This document shows positions 56,881 to 57,896 of a stretch of 57,896 bases of DNA, one piece after another. Below the pieces are notes generated by a model, which saw only the letters and a program-made list of their open reading frames with translations, did not search any database and had not been told where the DNA came from. Each line of letters starts with the position of its first letter. Positions within the stretch are counted from its first letter, which is position 1. The position numbers and the translations under genes are program-made. The stretch is taken from sequence record SRR31156797_7071. One strand, written 5' to 3'.

Positions 56881-57363
56881 ATGGCACTTACTTCGTATAT
56901 GAAAGTAACAGGAAAGACTCAGGGACAGATCAAAGGCGATTGTACCCAGACCGGCGATAAAAAAGACACCATGCTCGTCTATGCGCTGGATCACAATGTG
57001 GAAATTCCCAAGGATACCCATACCGGCCTTCCCACCGGACAGCGTATCCACAAACCGTTCACTGTGACCAAGCACGTGGATAATGCTTCCCCCAAACTCG
57101 CTCAGGCCTGTTGTAAGGGCGAGCAGCTTACCGTTGAAATTGACCACTACCATATCGATCCCACCGGAATTGAAAAGAAATATTACACCATCAAGATGGA
57201 AGAGGCGATTATCGTCAACCTGCACAGTTACAAGCCTGTGACCTTCCTGCCCGACAACAAAGGCTACCATGACATGGAAGATGTCAGCTTTACCTATTCC
57301 AAGATTACTTGGACCTACGCTGACGGTAATATCGAATACACTGACGACTGGAAGTCTAGTTAG
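56881..57363 (+). CDS. hcp: T6SS tube protein Hcp
   Basis: YMKVTGKTQGQIKG, TGLPTGQRIHKP, SPKL, EDVSFTYSKITW; start ATG 56881. Confidence 0.96.
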   Translation: MALTSYMKVTGKTQGQIKGDCTQTGDKKDTMLVYALDHNVEIPKDTHTGLPTGQRIHKPFTVTKHVDNASPKLAQACCKGEQLTVEIDHYHIDPTGIEKKYYTIKMEEAIIVNLHSYKPVTFLPDNKGYHDMEDVSFTYSKITWTYADGNIEYTDDWKSS

Positions 57364-57367
57364 AACT

Positions 57368-57403
57368 AATATTCAGGACAGGGGAATCCCTGTCCTGAAT
57401 ATT
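57368..57403 (+). other. 16-bp stem-loop between hcp and tssE
   Basis: AATATTCAGGACAGGG-gaat-CCCTGTCCTGAATATT, directly abutting the tssE RBS; no U-tail. Confidence 0.65.
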
Positions 57404-57413
57404 GGAGGATATT

Positions 57414-57833
57414 TTGACCACACAGCGACTTCTTGAACGGATACGTTTCATGGAAGAGGACCCGGATTGGCGGGACTCTGCCGAACCGGGACAGGTGGTC
57501 AAGTCTGTGCTCGATTATCTGCGCATGATCCTGAATACCCGGCAGGGCAACGCTCAGATCGCCCCGGATTTCGGGGTCCCGGACTTTACTTCCATGATCG
57601 GTGCCACCGGGCTTGATGCTGTACGTTCCATTGAGGAATCCATGACCGAGGTCATTCTCAAGTATGAACCTCGGCTGGCAAATGTGAACATAGAGTTTGT
57701 ACCTATGGAGGATAATCCGTTGGCCTTGCATTTCAAGCTGCAAGCCAAGCTGGCCTTGGAAGGCCAAGACATGCCCGTAGTGTTCGAGACGGTCCTCGAT
57801 CCAGATGGCCAGATTTCAGTAAAAGATAACTAG
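57414..57833 (+). CDS. tssE: T6SS baseplate subunit TssE (gp25-like)
   Basis: LLERI, ILNTRQG, DFGVPDF, YEPRL; probable start TTG 57414 after GGAGG. Confidence 0.93.
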   Translation: MTTQRLLERIRFMEEDPDWRDSAEPGQVVKSVLDYLRMILNTRQGNAQIAPDFGVPDFTSMIGATGLDAVRSIEESMTEVILKYEPRLANVNIEFVPMEDNPLALHFKLQAKLALEGQDMPVVFETVLDPDGQISVKDN

Positions 57834-57896
57834 TAAGCCTAATCACACAAAGCGGCGAAGTCTTATTAAAAGTTTTTGAAGAGTCCAGAGAAACTT

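Noticed and set aside
1-57896. CRISPR arrays, tRNA/rRNA genes, prophage, IS elements
   Set aside because: No regularly spaced repeats, RNA-gene signatures, transposases or integrases were seen by eye, and intergenic gaps are short. A covariance-model scan was not run.

Overview
Gene-dense bacterial chromosomal segment. Gene content (three sigma-54 activators, a c-heme sensor kinase, TRAP transport) suggests a sulfate-reducing Desulfovibrio/Maridesulfovibrio-like deltaproteobacterium; this is inferred, not searched. Left to right: (1) an EamA transporter under a consensus sigma-54 promoter, with three palindromic enhancer candidates and the adjacent PAS-bEBP; (2) a LacI-controlled locus: TRAP DctPQM, glycerophosphodiesterase, a 1004-aa degenerate-PHP/membrane protein and a divergent MBL-fold hydrolase; (3) thioesterase, Dus, NhaB, SLC13 permease, a USP-like gene and an NtrB/C-type pair; (4) two secreted Cys-rich proteins, a CX5R phosphatase and a thaumatin-like protein, that share an apparently uncharacterised N-terminal domain; they are encoded divergently from an atypical type II secretion operon containing a GspM/PilO-solute-binding-protein fusion, a PDZ lipoprotein, a DUF4177-like gene and a downstream DsbA; (5) PP2C, a glycosyltransferase, and a sulfur/redox cluster (Thr-motif sulfatase-fold enzyme, Trx, TrxR, DASS, EamA, Crp/Fnr, heme two-component system, YeiH); (6) the start of a type VI secretion cluster (tssA, tssB, tssC, hcp, tssE). 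The best candidate for an undescribed system is block 4. I saw no rRNA, tRNA, CRISPR array or mobile element. All assignments come from motif recognition by eye; no database searches were run.
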